The notes below the pieces were generated by a model. That model was not told where the DNA came from and searched no databases. It worked only from the letters and a program-made list of their open reading frames with translations. Shown here in pieces: positions 16,254-25,524 of a stretch of DNA of 32,000 bases (positions within the stretch are counted from its first letter, which is position 1; every line of letters begins with the position of its first letter). Position numbers and translations under genes: made by a program. The stretch is from Fibrobacter succinogenes subsp. succinogenes S85 (GTDB taxonomy: Bacteria; Fibrobacterota; Fibrobacteria; Fibrobacterales; Fibrobacteraceae): positions 1,200,001 through 1,232,000 of the forward strand of contig NC_017448.1 of NCBI RefSeq assembly GCF_000146505.1, given 5' to 3'.

Positions 16254-18140
16254 TCAATCTTCGAACTTCGTTTTCATGATTTGTTCGACGGTTTCGCGGT
16301 TTTTCACGAAAGCATTGACCACTTCCGGGTCAAAGTGCGTACCACTTTCCTCGGTAATGATGCGGATAGCCTCGTCCACCGAGAAAGCCTTCTTGTACGG
16401 ACGTTCCGAAACAAGCGCGTCATACACATCCGCAACCGCCATAATGCGTGCCGAAAGCGGAATATCCTTGCCCTTCAAGCGTTCCGGATAGCCTCGCGAG
16501 CCATCCCACCATTCGTGGTGGCTGTAGGCAATTTCCTTCGCCATCTTGAGGTAAGCCGTCTCACCCAAGTTCTTAGATGCACGCACGAGCATATCGCGGC
16601 CATAGACCGTATGTTTTTTCATTTCAGCAAATTCTTCGTCCGTCAGCTTGCCCGGCTTATTCAAAATCACGTCAGAAATGTTAATCTTGCCGATATCATG
16701 GAGCGGAGCTGCCACCGCAATCGTCGAAATAAACGCATCGTCAATTTCGGGTTCCTTGCCGCGATCCTTCAATTCGCGAGCAATGAGTTCGGCATAAGCC
16801 GCCGTACGGCGCACATGGCCACCCGTCGTCTCGTCGCGATTTTCCACCATGTCGCCAAGCACCGTAATGATGTTCGTCTGGAGAGCTGCAATCGAGGCCG
16901 CCTGGTACTCGGACTTGTTGATGTACAAATCAATTTCTTCGACCGCCTTGATAATCGCCGAATGCAGATTCTCAATTTCGTTGCCCGTCACCACTTCAAG
17001 ACCCTTGATCTGGTTGATGGACTCACGGCGTCCCCTGCTACTGTCGTAGGCAAAGTTGTCCATTTCAAGCGTCATTTCGTGAATCGGGTAAACCACCTTG
17101 CGGTTTGCAATCAAGATAGCCGTAAACACAATCGCTAGCAAAAGTCCAAACAGCGTTGAGAAAATCTTCGTGCAGAACAGCACCACGCTAATACGAATCG
17201 CGGCAAGGCTAAACTTGGTACAGACCGGATTCGGGGCCTCAGTACAGACAATCGAGACATCCCACTTGCCCGTCTCATGCATGCCCGGTGTAATAGTCAA
17301 AATACGCGGATGCTTGCCTTTGAGATCATGAATGTACTCGTGAAGCGTCGCCGAATCCGCATTCTGGATAGCATCCGACACAAGCCTGTTCACCGATTCC
17401 GCCAAAAGCGTTGTTTCATGGATTTCCGCTTCGGAATACGTCTTGTAAGCGACTGCCGTAGCCACCACCGCAAGCGCAAAGCTCGACACGAACAAGAGTG
17501 CCGTCACCTGGGCCTTAAGCGTATGGATTTCGTTCTTGGAACGGTAACGGTCTTCGTGCGAACGGCCAGAAACAGAATCAAACGCCTTGGCAAACCAGCG
17601 TGGCGTCAAGCGAATCAGCACATAAGCCACAATAATCGAAATGGACTTATCTGGAATTTCCGTGCAGAAGTCCGCCAAAATCTGCGACAGAAGAACCGGA
17701 AGCCCGCTTTCGTGCAAAGCCGTCGCAATAGGCGTCACCACATTTTCTGCAATTTTAAAGTCAAAAAGGAAGTACGAAAGCACCGAACATGGAATGCTCA
17801 AAATCATCAACATTCCAAGCAGCATCGGCAAACGAGTAATCTTGTGGAACGCGCCACGCCTTGCCGCAATTCCAGCGCACACGGCAATCATCACGTTAAT
17901 CGTGCCGTAGTAGAACGTCGAAGAATCAACAAAACCGCCAATGAAGTTCGTCAAGAACCCGACAATCGCGCCAGGGCTAAACCCGCCAATCACCGCCACG
18001 ACAACCGTACCCACGCTATCCAGGTACAGCGGCAATTCAAAATGAATGGCTAAATCGGCAAGCAGTCGGTTGATGACTATACCGATAACAATCAGGATTG
18101 TAATCTGAACGAGCTTATGGGCAGAAACAAAAGTTTTCAC
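16254..18140 (-). CDS. Polytopic membrane sensor with C-terminal HD-GYP c-di-GMP phosphodiesterase domain
   Basis: 628 aa. The N-terminal multi-TM module (LPLYLDSVGTVVVAVIGGFSPGAIVGFLTNFIGG) resembles ECF-S-component-like sensor modules. C-terminus has LHDIGKINI and HHEWWDGSRGYPERL. Confidence 0.9.
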   Translation of the reverse strand: MKTFVSAHKLVQITILIVIGIVINRLLADLAIHFELPLYLDSVGTVVVAVIGGFSPGAIVGFLTNFIGGFVDSSTFYYGTINVMIAVCAGIAARRGAFHKITRLPMLLGMLMILSIPCSVLSYFLFDFKIAENVVTPIATALHESGLPVLLSQILADFCTEIPDKSISIIVAYVLIRLTPRWFAKAFDSVSGRSHEDRYRSKNEIHTLKAQVTALLFVSSFALAVVATAVAYKTYSEAEIHETTLLAESVNRLVSDAIQNADSATLHEYIHDLKGKHPRILTITPGMHETGKWDVSIVCTEAPNPVCTKFSLAAIRISVVLFCTKIFSTLFGLLLAIVFTAILIANRKVVYPIHEMTLEMDNFAYDSSRGRRESINQIKGLEVVTGNEIENLHSAIIKAVEEIDLYINKSEYQAASIAALQTNIITVLGDMVENRDETTGGHVRRTAAYAELIARELKDRGKEPEIDDAFISTIAVAAPLHDIGKINISDVILNKPGKLTDEEFAEMKKHTVYGRDMLVRASKNLGETAYLKMAKEIAYSHHEWWDGSRGYPERLKGKDIPLSARIMAVADVYDALVSERPYKKAFSVDEAIRIITEESGTHFDPEVVNAFVKNRETVEQIMKTKFED

Positions 18141-18226
18141 ATCCTGTATATAGAATATTTTTTTAACATTTGCAAAAAAAAGAGTGATTTATTTAACAAT
18201 TCTAATTGGATTTTTGTGTAAAAAAA

Positions 18227-18254
18227 TTTCAGCGACCCCGAAGAGCCGCTGAAA
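18227..18254 (-). terminator. Rho-independent terminator of the lipoprotein gene
   Basis: TTTCAGCG (18227-18234) / CGCTGAAA (18247-18254). The A7 run 5' on + is a T-run after the hairpin on the minus strand. Confidence 0.7.
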
Positions 18255-18289
18255 CCTTTTCCTCCTCTAACGTATTATTTATAATCTGA

Positions 18290-19243
18290 CTACGGCTTTG
18301 TCACCACCAACTGTGGGAGGGGACCCCAAACATGACTTACACCAAGTTTATAAGTTCCTTCTGGCAAGCCAAATAAAACCACATATCCATTTTTGTAATC
18401 TTCTTCGTAAGCCTTATAACAGGGGAAATATCCACTCGCACAAATACCCATTTCTCCAAGACCTTTCGTCATCGTCTCATTCCATTCTTCAATATAGGGC
18501 TTATCGCTTTCCGGAGTATTTTCATCGACAGTCGCAAAAAGGGAGTCCAAATACACTTTTGCGGAGTACACAGGTTCTACAACTATTTTTCCCAAATCCG
18601 CAACAGCTATATCATCAACAGATTCAACAGTGGCATCAGCAAAATTCAAACTAACCAACGCACCGAAGTTGGAATCCGCAGAAAGCGCACGCAACTGAAT
18701 TTCGTGATATCTGGGGACATAAGCATATTTGGGGTTCTTCGTTTCATTTTGATAATAGGTCTGGAAGTTTACACTATCTATATAAAAGTATCCATCCTTA
18801 TCCGTAACATGCTGGCAACTTTTATCATCAAAGGAACAATCTTTTTCATAAACAATAGCCCCCACAACAGGAGCCCCAGCATCATCGACCACTTTCGCTC
18901 TTGTTTTTATAAATAGATGAATATCATTATAGCTTTTGCAAGTAATACGGGCCATAACAATAGTCGTTTCTGTAACAGCACTATCAATCTCAGTCACGTC
19001 ATCCGATTCTACATCAACAGCACTCTTGGCAAGCACATGGCAACCATCACCGCCTTCGTCAATAATCTTGCGGATATAAGTCGTATCCAGTTCGGCAATA
19101 GGCATTCCCGACCGAATCACGGGCTTTCCCGTCTGCGTTTCGCTGTACGACGATGCCACATTGGTATCACCGCAAGCGGCAAGCAATCCAAGACCAAGCA
19201 TAGCAAGCGCAACGCCCATCTTTGTAATTTTATCAGTAATCAT
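18290..19243 (-). CDS. Hypothetical lipoprotein
   Basis: 317 aa. Lipobox LLAAC (MGVALAMLGLGLLAACGD). The segment VVDDAGAPVVGAIVYEKD...DKDGYFYI resembles a carboxypeptidase-regulatory-like beta-sandwich. 19 nt downstream of the preceding gene. Confidence 0.7.
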   Translation of the reverse strand: MITDKITKMGVALAMLGLGLLAACGDTNVASSYSETQTGKPVIRSGMPIAELDTTYIRKIIDEGGDGCHVLAKSAVDVESDDVTEIDSAVTETTIVMARITCKSYNDIHLFIKTRAKVVDDAGAPVVGAIVYEKDCSFDDKSCQHVTDKDGYFYIDSVNFQTYYQNETKNPKYAYVPRYHEIQLRALSADSNFGALVSLNFADATVESVDDIAVADLGKIVVEPVYSAKVYLDSLFATVDENTPESDKPYIEEWNETMTKGLGEMGICASGYFPCYKAYEEDYKNGYVVLFGLPEGTYKLGVSHVWGPLPQLVVTKP

Positions 19244-19262
19244 AATTATTCCTCCTCGTTTT

Positions 19263-20090
19263 TTATTTTTTCAAATTCGTGAACAAGTGAATATTCAACT
19301 GGTGTACCCCAGTCGCCTCTTTCTTGTCTTGCGTAATAATCTTGCGCACCTTGGCTTTCAGGTTCTGAATTTCCAAGGCAATTTCTTTATACGCATCGTC
19401 CGAAACGCTGAACGTAAACGTTCCCATGTCCGACGGATTATCGTCATCGGCAAGCAGCGCCTGCTTCGAAAGTTCAAAGCACTGCAACTGGTATTGACGC
19501 ACCAAATCATTATTGTTGTAAGCCCCACTGCTCACCGAATCGCGCGAGCTTTTCCAAAAGCCGTCTTCGTTCTTGCGCACAAAGCCAATGCGTTCCAGCA
19601 ATTCAAGCGAACGCTTCAAAGTCCCCACGGAGACCTTCGGGAAAATGCGCTTTTGAATCGGCTCAAGATCATCCGAAACATCCATCACATCTAACGCTGT
19701 AAACAACACGCTATTATACCAATGGTTGTAATACTCGTAGGCATCTTCATTCAAGATGTGGTGCGGATCCGGATGCTGCTTGATGAGTTCATCAAAAAAC
19801 GCATTGCGTTCCGTTGTCGTTTTCGCTTGGTCGAAATTCACCATCGTTTCAAAGTACTTGGCCTCTTTCTTATTGAGTCCAAGAACTTCCACGAACTTGG
19901 GAATCATGCGCCCAGTAAGTTTTTTTCCTTTGACGATATCGTTGTAATAACTGCGAGTCTTGGGGAGCCCCAGCAAAGCACAGGCTCCCGCTCTTGTAAA
20001 TTCAGGATCGGTCTGCACGCGAGCGGCCTGGTATTCATCCAAGTACTTGCGGAAATGAGTAAACTGGAATATGTCAATAAACTTGTCCAT
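19263..20090 (-). CDS. TIGR02147/DUF4423-like protein (Fibrobacter paralogous family, putative HTH regulator)
   Basis: 275 aa. The N-terminal pattern F..FRKYL.EY...K...P.F+...+..LG......Y.N.+.KGK+.L......KF...L.L...E..YF matches that family as I recall it. Needs an HMM check. Confidence 0.55.
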   Translation of the reverse strand: MDKFIDIFQFTHFRKYLDEYQAARVQTDPEFTRAGACALLGLPKTRSYYNDIVKGKKLTGRMIPKFVEVLGLNKKEAKYFETMVNFDQAKTTTERNAFFDELIKQHPDPHHILNEDAYEYYNHWYNSVLFTALDVMDVSDDLEPIQKRIFPKVSVGTLKRSLELLERIGFVRKNEDGFWKSSRDSVSSGAYNNNDLVRQYQLQCFELSKQALLADDDNPSDMGTFTFSVSDDAYKEIALEIQNLKAKVRKIITQDKKEATGVHQLNIHLFTNLKK

Positions 20091-20168
20091 ACTCCAAATG
20101 TACTCAATTTTTGACTCAAAGTCAATAGGTTAACGTAAATTTTTGAGATTTTTTTTGAGTACTTGTTT

Positions 20169-21347
20169 TTATCGGCCTTTAAACTGGTCACCAAACTTTA
20201 GTTCGGTTTCTTTGGCGCCGTTGAGGTTCACGAGGCGTTCCGGCTCAAAGACCATTTCACGGGCAATCCCATCCTTGAGTTTTTCAACGCATTCGAGCAT
20301 TTCTGCTGCCGATTGGCACGTCAAAAGCGCCTGCCGCACCGACATCGCGACGTTATCACCATCTTGGATCCTATCGCCTTCGGCTCCAGGATGACAATAT
20401 TTCTCGTCTAACACAAACCCCTTGCACAATCTCGCAGCGAGCTGTTTCATGCGGCCCATCGCATTCATTTCCGTCGCCCCATCCTCAATCTTAAACTTGT
20501 AATAGAGCGGAAACACATCAAGCGCTTCTTGCGCGGTAATCACATGCTTTTCGCGACCTTCCCACGCATCTGCAATCTGCCCGAAAATCCACGGGTTATG
20601 CATCGCCCCGCGCCCAATGCTCACGCCCGAAACGCCATAAGTATTGATGCGTTCGCGTGCGCATTCGACGCTATTCACATCGCCATTGCCAATCACGGGA
20701 ATCTTTGCCGCAGCTGCAACTTTGCCAATCCAGTCCCAGTTCGCGAGGCCGTTATAGCCCTGCAAACGTGTACGACCATGAACTGTGAGCATTTCAACGC
20801 CCTCGCCCTCGGCAATCTTGAGCGTTTCCATCACGTTGATGCTATCGTCGTCCCAGCCAATACGGCACTTAAGCGTAAGCGGAATCTCCGGCGTCTTTGC
20901 GTCCAAAACCGCCTTCACGTCATGCAGAATCTCTTGCAAACGGGGCAAGTCCCGCAAAAGTCCAGAACCGCTCCCCTTGCCCGCCACCTTCGGCGCCGGA
21001 CACCCAGCGTTCACTTCGATGAATTCCGGATGGTAACGCTCGGCAATCTTGCCGGCTGCCGCCGCCATACGGTCCGGGAAACGCCCAAAAATCTGCACAC
21101 CAAACGGGCGCTCTTCCGGGAAAAACTTCAGTTGCTTGTGACCATCCGGATTGAACACGGCATCGCCATCGGTCGGAACAAACTCAGAAACCAAAAGTCC
21201 CATGCGGTCGCCCGAAAGCACCCGGCAAAGCCTCCTGAACGGAGCATCAGTCACTCCATCCATCGGACTGAGGATTGTATTGGGGAAAATCTCCTTGTTT
21301 CGGAGATTAAAACGGACCTTTTTAGGCAAATTATCAATCTTCAACAT
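20169..21347 (-). CDS. tRNA-dihydrouridine synthase
   Basis: 392 aa. SPMDGVTDAPFRRLCR, FIEVNAGCPAPKV, LTVHGRTR, IPVIGNGDV are Dus family motifs. Carries a C-terminal extension relative to typical DusB. Confidence 0.9.
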   Translation of the reverse strand: MLKIDNLPKKVRFNLRNKEIFPNTILSPMDGVTDAPFRRLCRVLSGDRMGLLVSEFVPTDGDAVFNPDGHKQLKFFPEERPFGVQIFGRFPDRMAAAAGKIAERYHPEFIEVNAGCPAPKVAGKGSGSGLLRDLPRLQEILHDVKAVLDAKTPEIPLTLKCRIGWDDDSINVMETLKIAEGEGVEMLTVHGRTRLQGYNGLANWDWIGKVAAAAKIPVIGNGDVNSVECARERINTYGVSGVSIGRGAMHNPWIFGQIADAWEGREKHVITAQEALDVFPLYYKFKIEDGATEMNAMGRMKQLAARLCKGFVLDEKYCHPGAEGDRIQDGDNVAMSVRQALLTCQSAAEMLECVEKLKDGIAREMVFEPERLVNLNGAKETELKFGDQFKGR

Positions 21348-21452
21348 TTAAGTCACAACTATTCACAAATATTCCGCAATGTGAACCCGAAAAAGATATT
21401 TAATTTCGCTTTAACCATCACTCTAAGTCTATGTTAAACTTATATTTAGTGC

Positions 21453-21827
21453 GTGGCTAATATAACTAAACAATCTCTTATTCAGGAAATCGCCAAATCC
21501 ACCGGATTTGTGCGCAATGATATTAAAATTGTTGTCGAACAGTTCCTCGACCTCCTCGGCGAGAAGCTTATCGAAGGCAATACTATTGAAATTCGCGGTT
21601 TCGGCACGTTCGCCTGCAAGCCCCGCAAGGCTCGCCCGGCACGCAACCCCCGCACTGGTGAAACAGTCCTCATCGACGAACGCTTGGTCCCGACATTCAA
21701 GTTCAGCAACGACATTAAGGACAAGATCAATTCGCTCGAAGGCATCCTCGGCGAAGCATCCGTACAGCCGGAACTCGAAACTGAAAACGAAATCGTACAC
21801 GTCGGTAGCGACGACGATTCCATCTAA
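21453..21827 (+). CDS. HU/IHF-family DNA-binding protein with acidic C-terminal tail
   Basis: 124 aa from GTG 21453. EIRGFGTFACKPRKARPARNPRTGETVLIDERLVPTFKFS is the HU/IHF beta-arm signature. No in-frame ATG upstream. Confidence 0.85.
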   Translation: MANITKQSLIQEIAKSTGFVRNDIKIVVEQFLDLLGEKLIEGNTIEIRGFGTFACKPRKARPARNPRTGETVLIDERLVPTFKFSNDIKDKINSLEGILGEASVQPELETENEIVHVGSDDDSI

Positions 21828-21877
21828 ACGAACGTTGAACCTATTAACTCAGGCAACGCAAACGCCTGATACGAAAG

Positions 21878-21910
21878 AGCCGGCTTGAACGCCGGCTTTT
21901 CTTTTTCTTT
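21878..21910 (+). terminator. Rho-independent terminator
   Basis: AGCCGGC (21878-21884) / GCCGGCT (21891-21897) followed by a T-rich tract. A second 8-bp hairpin ATGCCCGC/GCGGGCAT (21914-21935) lies just 3' of the convergent rsuA-like gene. Confidence 0.75.
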
Positions 21911-21943
21911 GTCATGCCCGCCACTGAGCGGGCATCTCCTTTA

Positions 21944-22648
21944 TTACGACAGTGCAGCGACTTCTTCATCCGTCAAGAATCGCCAACCGCCCTCACCCAG
22001 CGTACGATCCAGAACAACCGGTCCAATCGCAATGCGTTCAAGAGTTTCGACGTGATTGCCGACTGCGGCGAACATACGACGAACCTGATGGTACAGTCCC
22101 TCGCCAATCGAGATGTCCACCGCATCTCCACTCACTTCAATCTCACGAGCCAGCACCGGACGTCTTTCGTCCTTGAGCATCACGCCCGCCAAGAGTTCCG
22201 CCTTCTGCGCATCTGTAAACGGGCGTGCAAGCGTCACGCGATACTTTTTCCAGAGTCCCTTCTTCGGGCTTTCGACCTTGTGGATAAAGTCACCCTGATT
22301 CGAGAGCAACAAGAGTCCCGAAGAATCCGCATCCAAGCGCCCGACGGACTGGATACCCATTGCCGTAAAGCGCTCCGGCAGCAAATCATACACAGGCTTG
22401 TGGTCACGGGCATTGTGGCTGCATTCCACATCCGTCGGCTTGTAAAGCATCACGTACAGCTTTTCAACTGTCGGCGCTTCTTCGCCATTCACCGTGATAA
22501 ACTCCGGACGCGTCTTGAATTCCATGAACGGGTCATCGAGAACCTTGCCATCCAGTTCCACAAGGCCCATGCGCACTAACCCACGCGCATCCTTGCGGCT
22601 ACCAAAGCCCATCGAGGCAAGCAAACGTTCCAAAGTCAAAACAGCCAT
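21944..22648 (-). CDS. rsuA: rRNA pseudouridine synthase, RsuA/RluB family (S4 domain + catalytic domain)
   Basis: 234 aa. S4-like N-terminus (LERLLASMGFGSRKDARGLV) and catalytic motif GRLDADSSGLLLLSN. Confidence 0.88.
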   Translation of the reverse strand: MAVLTLERLLASMGFGSRKDARGLVRMGLVELDGKVLDDPFMEFKTRPEFITVNGEEAPTVEKLYVMLYKPTDVECSHNARDHKPVYDLLPERFTAMGIQSVGRLDADSSGLLLLSNQGDFIHKVESPKKGLWKKYRVTLARPFTDAQKAELLAGVMLKDERRPVLAREIEVSGDAVDISIGEGLYHQVRRMFAAVGNHVETLERIAIGPVVLDRTLGEGGWRFLTDEEVAALS

Positions 22649-23511
22649 CAGTCCTCCAAAATAAATTCAAGAATCCGTCTACGGATAAAGCCGAGTTGCG
22701 GAAGTTCATTTGTTTTAATCACATGTGCGCGACGGCGCCAAAAGCTAAACGCCAAAATTCCAGCCAGCACAAGCGTTTCCAAAGTAAAGCAGAAAATGCG
22801 GAGCAACGTAATGCTCAAGTGAACCGATCCAGCAGCGCGGAGTTCCTTTTCGTTACACCAGTCCATTCTCAAGTCCCAATCGCCAACGTATGAGTACGCC
22901 TTCAAGAATCCATTCACCGCAGCGATATAGCCCATGGTCTGGTAATCCGTGCGGACACCTTCAACAAAGCAATCTCTAAAGCGCACGCGAAACAGCGAAA
23001 GCACCGCCTTCAAAATTTTCAGAATGTACTTGAACGCCCTAGCATCAAAATCCGGCGTCAAAATGATGGTCCAAAATTCACGATCCGAAAGCTTGCGTTT
23101 TTCCTTCTTCGGCTTTTTTTCGTCAGCGGGTTTCTCATCATCAGGCTTCGCGACTTCAACAACCGACGAAGATTTTACTTCAGTCGGCGGCTCACTCTCG
23201 TTACCGGCACCACTATCACTCGCCTCCAGATGTTCCGTCTTGGGAGTTTCTGCAGGCTTTTTCGCAACAGCTTCAACCATCGGCGGCGCATCTTGCGGCT
23301 CTAGCTTTTCACTATCTACCGCCAGTTCCTTACTGCCAGCTTCTTCCTTCCACTTCTTCTCGTACTCGTAAACCTTCTTCTTGAAAAAAAAGAAAAGCGC
23401 CCGCACACCGCGCTCCCCGGCCTGGAAATCAATTCGAAATGCAAACGGGAAAAGCAGTAGCACAAGCGCTACAACGAGAATTACACAAAAGAGCCAGGAA
23501 AGAAAGCCCAT
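22648..23511 (-). CDS. Membrane protein with long K/E/P-rich disordered linker (possibly DUF2953-like)
   Basis: 287 aa. N-terminal TM (FLSWLFCVILVVALVLLLFPF), low-complexity acidic/lysine linker, C-terminal hydrophobic segment. 1-nt stop/start overlaps at both ends. Confidence 0.6.
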   Translation of the reverse strand: MGFLSWLFCVILVVALVLLLFPFAFRIDFQAGERGVRALFFFFKKKVYEYEKKWKEEAGSKELAVDSEKLEPQDAPPMVEAVAKKPAETPKTEHLEASDSGAGNESEPPTEVKSSSVVEVAKPDDEKPADEKKPKKEKRKLSDREFWTIILTPDFDARAFKYILKILKAVLSLFRVRFRDCFVEGVRTDYQTMGYIAAVNGFLKAYSYVGDWDLRMDWCNEKELRAAGSVHLSITLLRIFCFTLETLVLAGILAFSFWRRRAHVIKTNELPQLGFIRRRILEFILED

Positions 23512-24089
23512 TACTTTTCGGCTTCGTCAGCCTTCTTGCTGATAATGTCGATCAATTCGGCAAAGCTCTTGTCTTTCAGGATTTTGCTGAACTGTTCCTT
23601 GTAGTTACGGGCCGTAGAAAGGTCATCGATGACCAAGTCCCAAGCCTTCCACTTGCCATTCACAAGCGTCATCTTGTATTCGAGCACCGATTCCTTGCCC
23701 TTGTTCCACAAGTGAGCGACAACGCGAGCATCGTCCGTACCCTTCATCTTGGCCGGTTCATAAATCGTAGAATCGGCGCGATAAAGTTCAAGGCGATTTG
23801 CACTGGAGTTGCGGACCATGCGCTGGAATTCCGTCACGAACTTCTGCTGAGAAGCTTCGTCCTGAGCCTTCCAGTCACTAGCGGCCAAGGACTTCTTAGC
23901 CAAGAGAGCAAAGTCAAAGGAATCATTCAAAAGGTTCTTGACGCGTTCCGTCTCCTTGGCGGTACGCTTGGACTTCTTGATGATGTTCTGCAGTTCAACG
24001 TCCTTGCTCTTCACAACAGACACCGGATCTTCGGCAGCAAAAGACAAGAGCGAAGCACAGGCAATAGCGATCAAAATTTTCTTAAACAT
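23511..24089 (-). CDS. MlaC/Ttg2D-family periplasmic lipid-binding protein
   Basis: 192 aa. Signal peptide, then the pattern DFALLAKKSLAASDWKA...QQKFVTEFQRMV...YKMTLVNGKWKAWDLVIDDLSTARNYKEQF typical of the MlaC (Tgt2) family. Confidence 0.8.
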   Translation of the reverse strand: MFKKILIAIACASLLSFAAEDPVSVVKSKDVELQNIIKKSKRTAKETERVKNLLNDSFDFALLAKKSLAASDWKAQDEASQQKFVTEFQRMVRNSSANRLELYRADSTIYEPAKMKGTDDARVVAHLWNKGKESVLEYKMTLVNGKWKAWDLVIDDLSTARNYKEQFSKILKDKSFAELIDIISKKADEAEK

Positions 24090-24107
24090 CTTAGAATCTC
24101 CTCTTTT

Positions 24108-25496
24108 TTACTTAAAATACGTTTTATAGTCGCTAAGAGACAACCCCATCTTTGCCACTAATCCGGCAAATTCGACGTTATATCGGCAAACTGCGAAATA
24201 ATAATCTTTTTGCATGGTTATATTCTGCGTATAGGCCGATACAAGAGCGCTAGTTTGGGACTTATCGAGGTCGTATTTCATGGCGGCATCTTTCAAAAGC
24301 GACTCCGTTGCACGCAGGCTTTCACGCAAAGCGTCAAGCTTACCCTTGGCGGCCACTACCTGATAATACTGTTCAACAGCCTTAGCCACAAGCCCTTCCG
24401 AGGCGTAATTTTCCTTCAGCTTAAGACCGCGATATTCCGTTCTTGCCTGGCGAAATTCTTCCCAGCTCTTCCAGAAGTTCAAACGGTACCTTAAGCCAAC
24501 ACCGATAAGCCCCGAAATCTTGTTCACGGCATCCTGGGCAAAAGCGTTTTTCTGGACCACGTTACGGTTACCGGCCCAGCTCTTCACATATTCAAACTGC
24601 CCCATGACAAAGAACTCGGGAGCAAGCTTCGCCTCCGCCAAATCCATCTGGAATCGGCGAGCACGCAACCCCGCTTCAAGCTGCTTCAGTTCAGGATTAT
24701 GCTTGATGGTCAACTCACGAACCTGATCCTCCGTCGGCATCGGTTCCGGTCTCATCGCAAGGATTGTATCCTCGGCTGCAAAAGTTTCGCCGTCCTGCAA
24801 GCCAAGAGCAAAACGAATCGCCAGTTGAACTCGTTTCATGCCAAGGTCAGCCTCGATAACGCCTTCCTTGACGGTATGCATTTTAGCCTTCAAGTTCAAA
24901 AGGTCCGTCTGCGAAACCGTCGGCTCATCTTCGTCCAAAGCCTCTTCAAGCTGGTCATATGCCTTGTCCACCTGTTTCTGGGCATCGGCGGCAATGCGCT
25001 TCATTTCAAGAGCAAGGAGATAGTTGTAATAATAACTCTGGAGTTCAACTTCTTTCTTGAGCGTTGAATTTTCAATTTCAAAAGTCTTCTGCTGCAAATC
25101 AGCTTCCAAAGCCTGCTTACCCGTACGATACTGGCCCAAATTTAGCGGCTGGACAAACTTGGCTTCGACACCCCAGAAAGGCCCCATTCTAGAAAAATCG
25201 TACTTTTCAGCCTTTTCAATTCCTAGAGTATCCCCAGACTGATTGAAATAGTAATCGTTGTATTCCTTGAGACCCGGAGCAGGCCCCACCATCATCGACA
25301 CATAGAAAGTCGGCAAAATGACTTCGGACTTGAGCGCACTAATCTTATTTTTCTTGGCTTCGGTGCCATAACGCAGTTCTTCCATCTGCGGGTCACTCGC
25401 AAGCCCCTGTTCCACAAAGCGCAAACAGTCATAACGGACTTCGCCCGCCAAGGCGATCCCCGTCATTGCAAGAATAAAAAACAAATTCTTAATCAC
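24108..25496 (-). CDS. TolC-family outer membrane protein
   Basis: 462 aa. Signal peptide, then two repeated coiled-coil/beta halves with heptad-like content characteristic of OEP/TolC proteins. Confidence 0.8.
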   Translation of the reverse strand: MIKNLFFILAMTGIALAGEVRYDCLRFVEQGLASDPQMEELRYGTEAKKNKISALKSEVILPTFYVSMMVGPAPGLKEYNDYYFNQSGDTLGIEKAEKYDFSRMGPFWGVEAKFVQPLNLGQYRTGKQALEADLQQKTFEIENSTLKKEVELQSYYYNYLLALEMKRIAADAQKQVDKAYDQLEEALDEDEPTVSQTDLLNLKAKMHTVKEGVIEADLGMKRVQLAIRFALGLQDGETFAAEDTILAMRPEPMPTEDQVRELTIKHNPELKQLEAGLRARRFQMDLAEAKLAPEFFVMGQFEYVKSWAGNRNVVQKNAFAQDAVNKISGLIGVGLRYRLNFWKSWEEFRQARTEYRGLKLKENYASEGLVAKAVEQYYQVVAAKGKLDALRESLRATESLLKDAAMKYDLDKSQTSALVSAYTQNITMQKDYYFAVCRYNVEFAGLVAKMGLSLSDYKTYFK

Positions 25497-25524
25497 AGCT
25501 AGAATTTAGAAAAAAAAGATTTGT

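Noticed and set aside
16281-18053. 285-aa and 258-aa + strand ORFs
   Set aside because: Antisense to the HD-GYP membrane protein gene. The products are R/H/N-rich nonsense-like sequence.
20529-21437. 302-aa + strand ORF
   Set aside because: Antisense to the Dus gene, which has clear family motifs.
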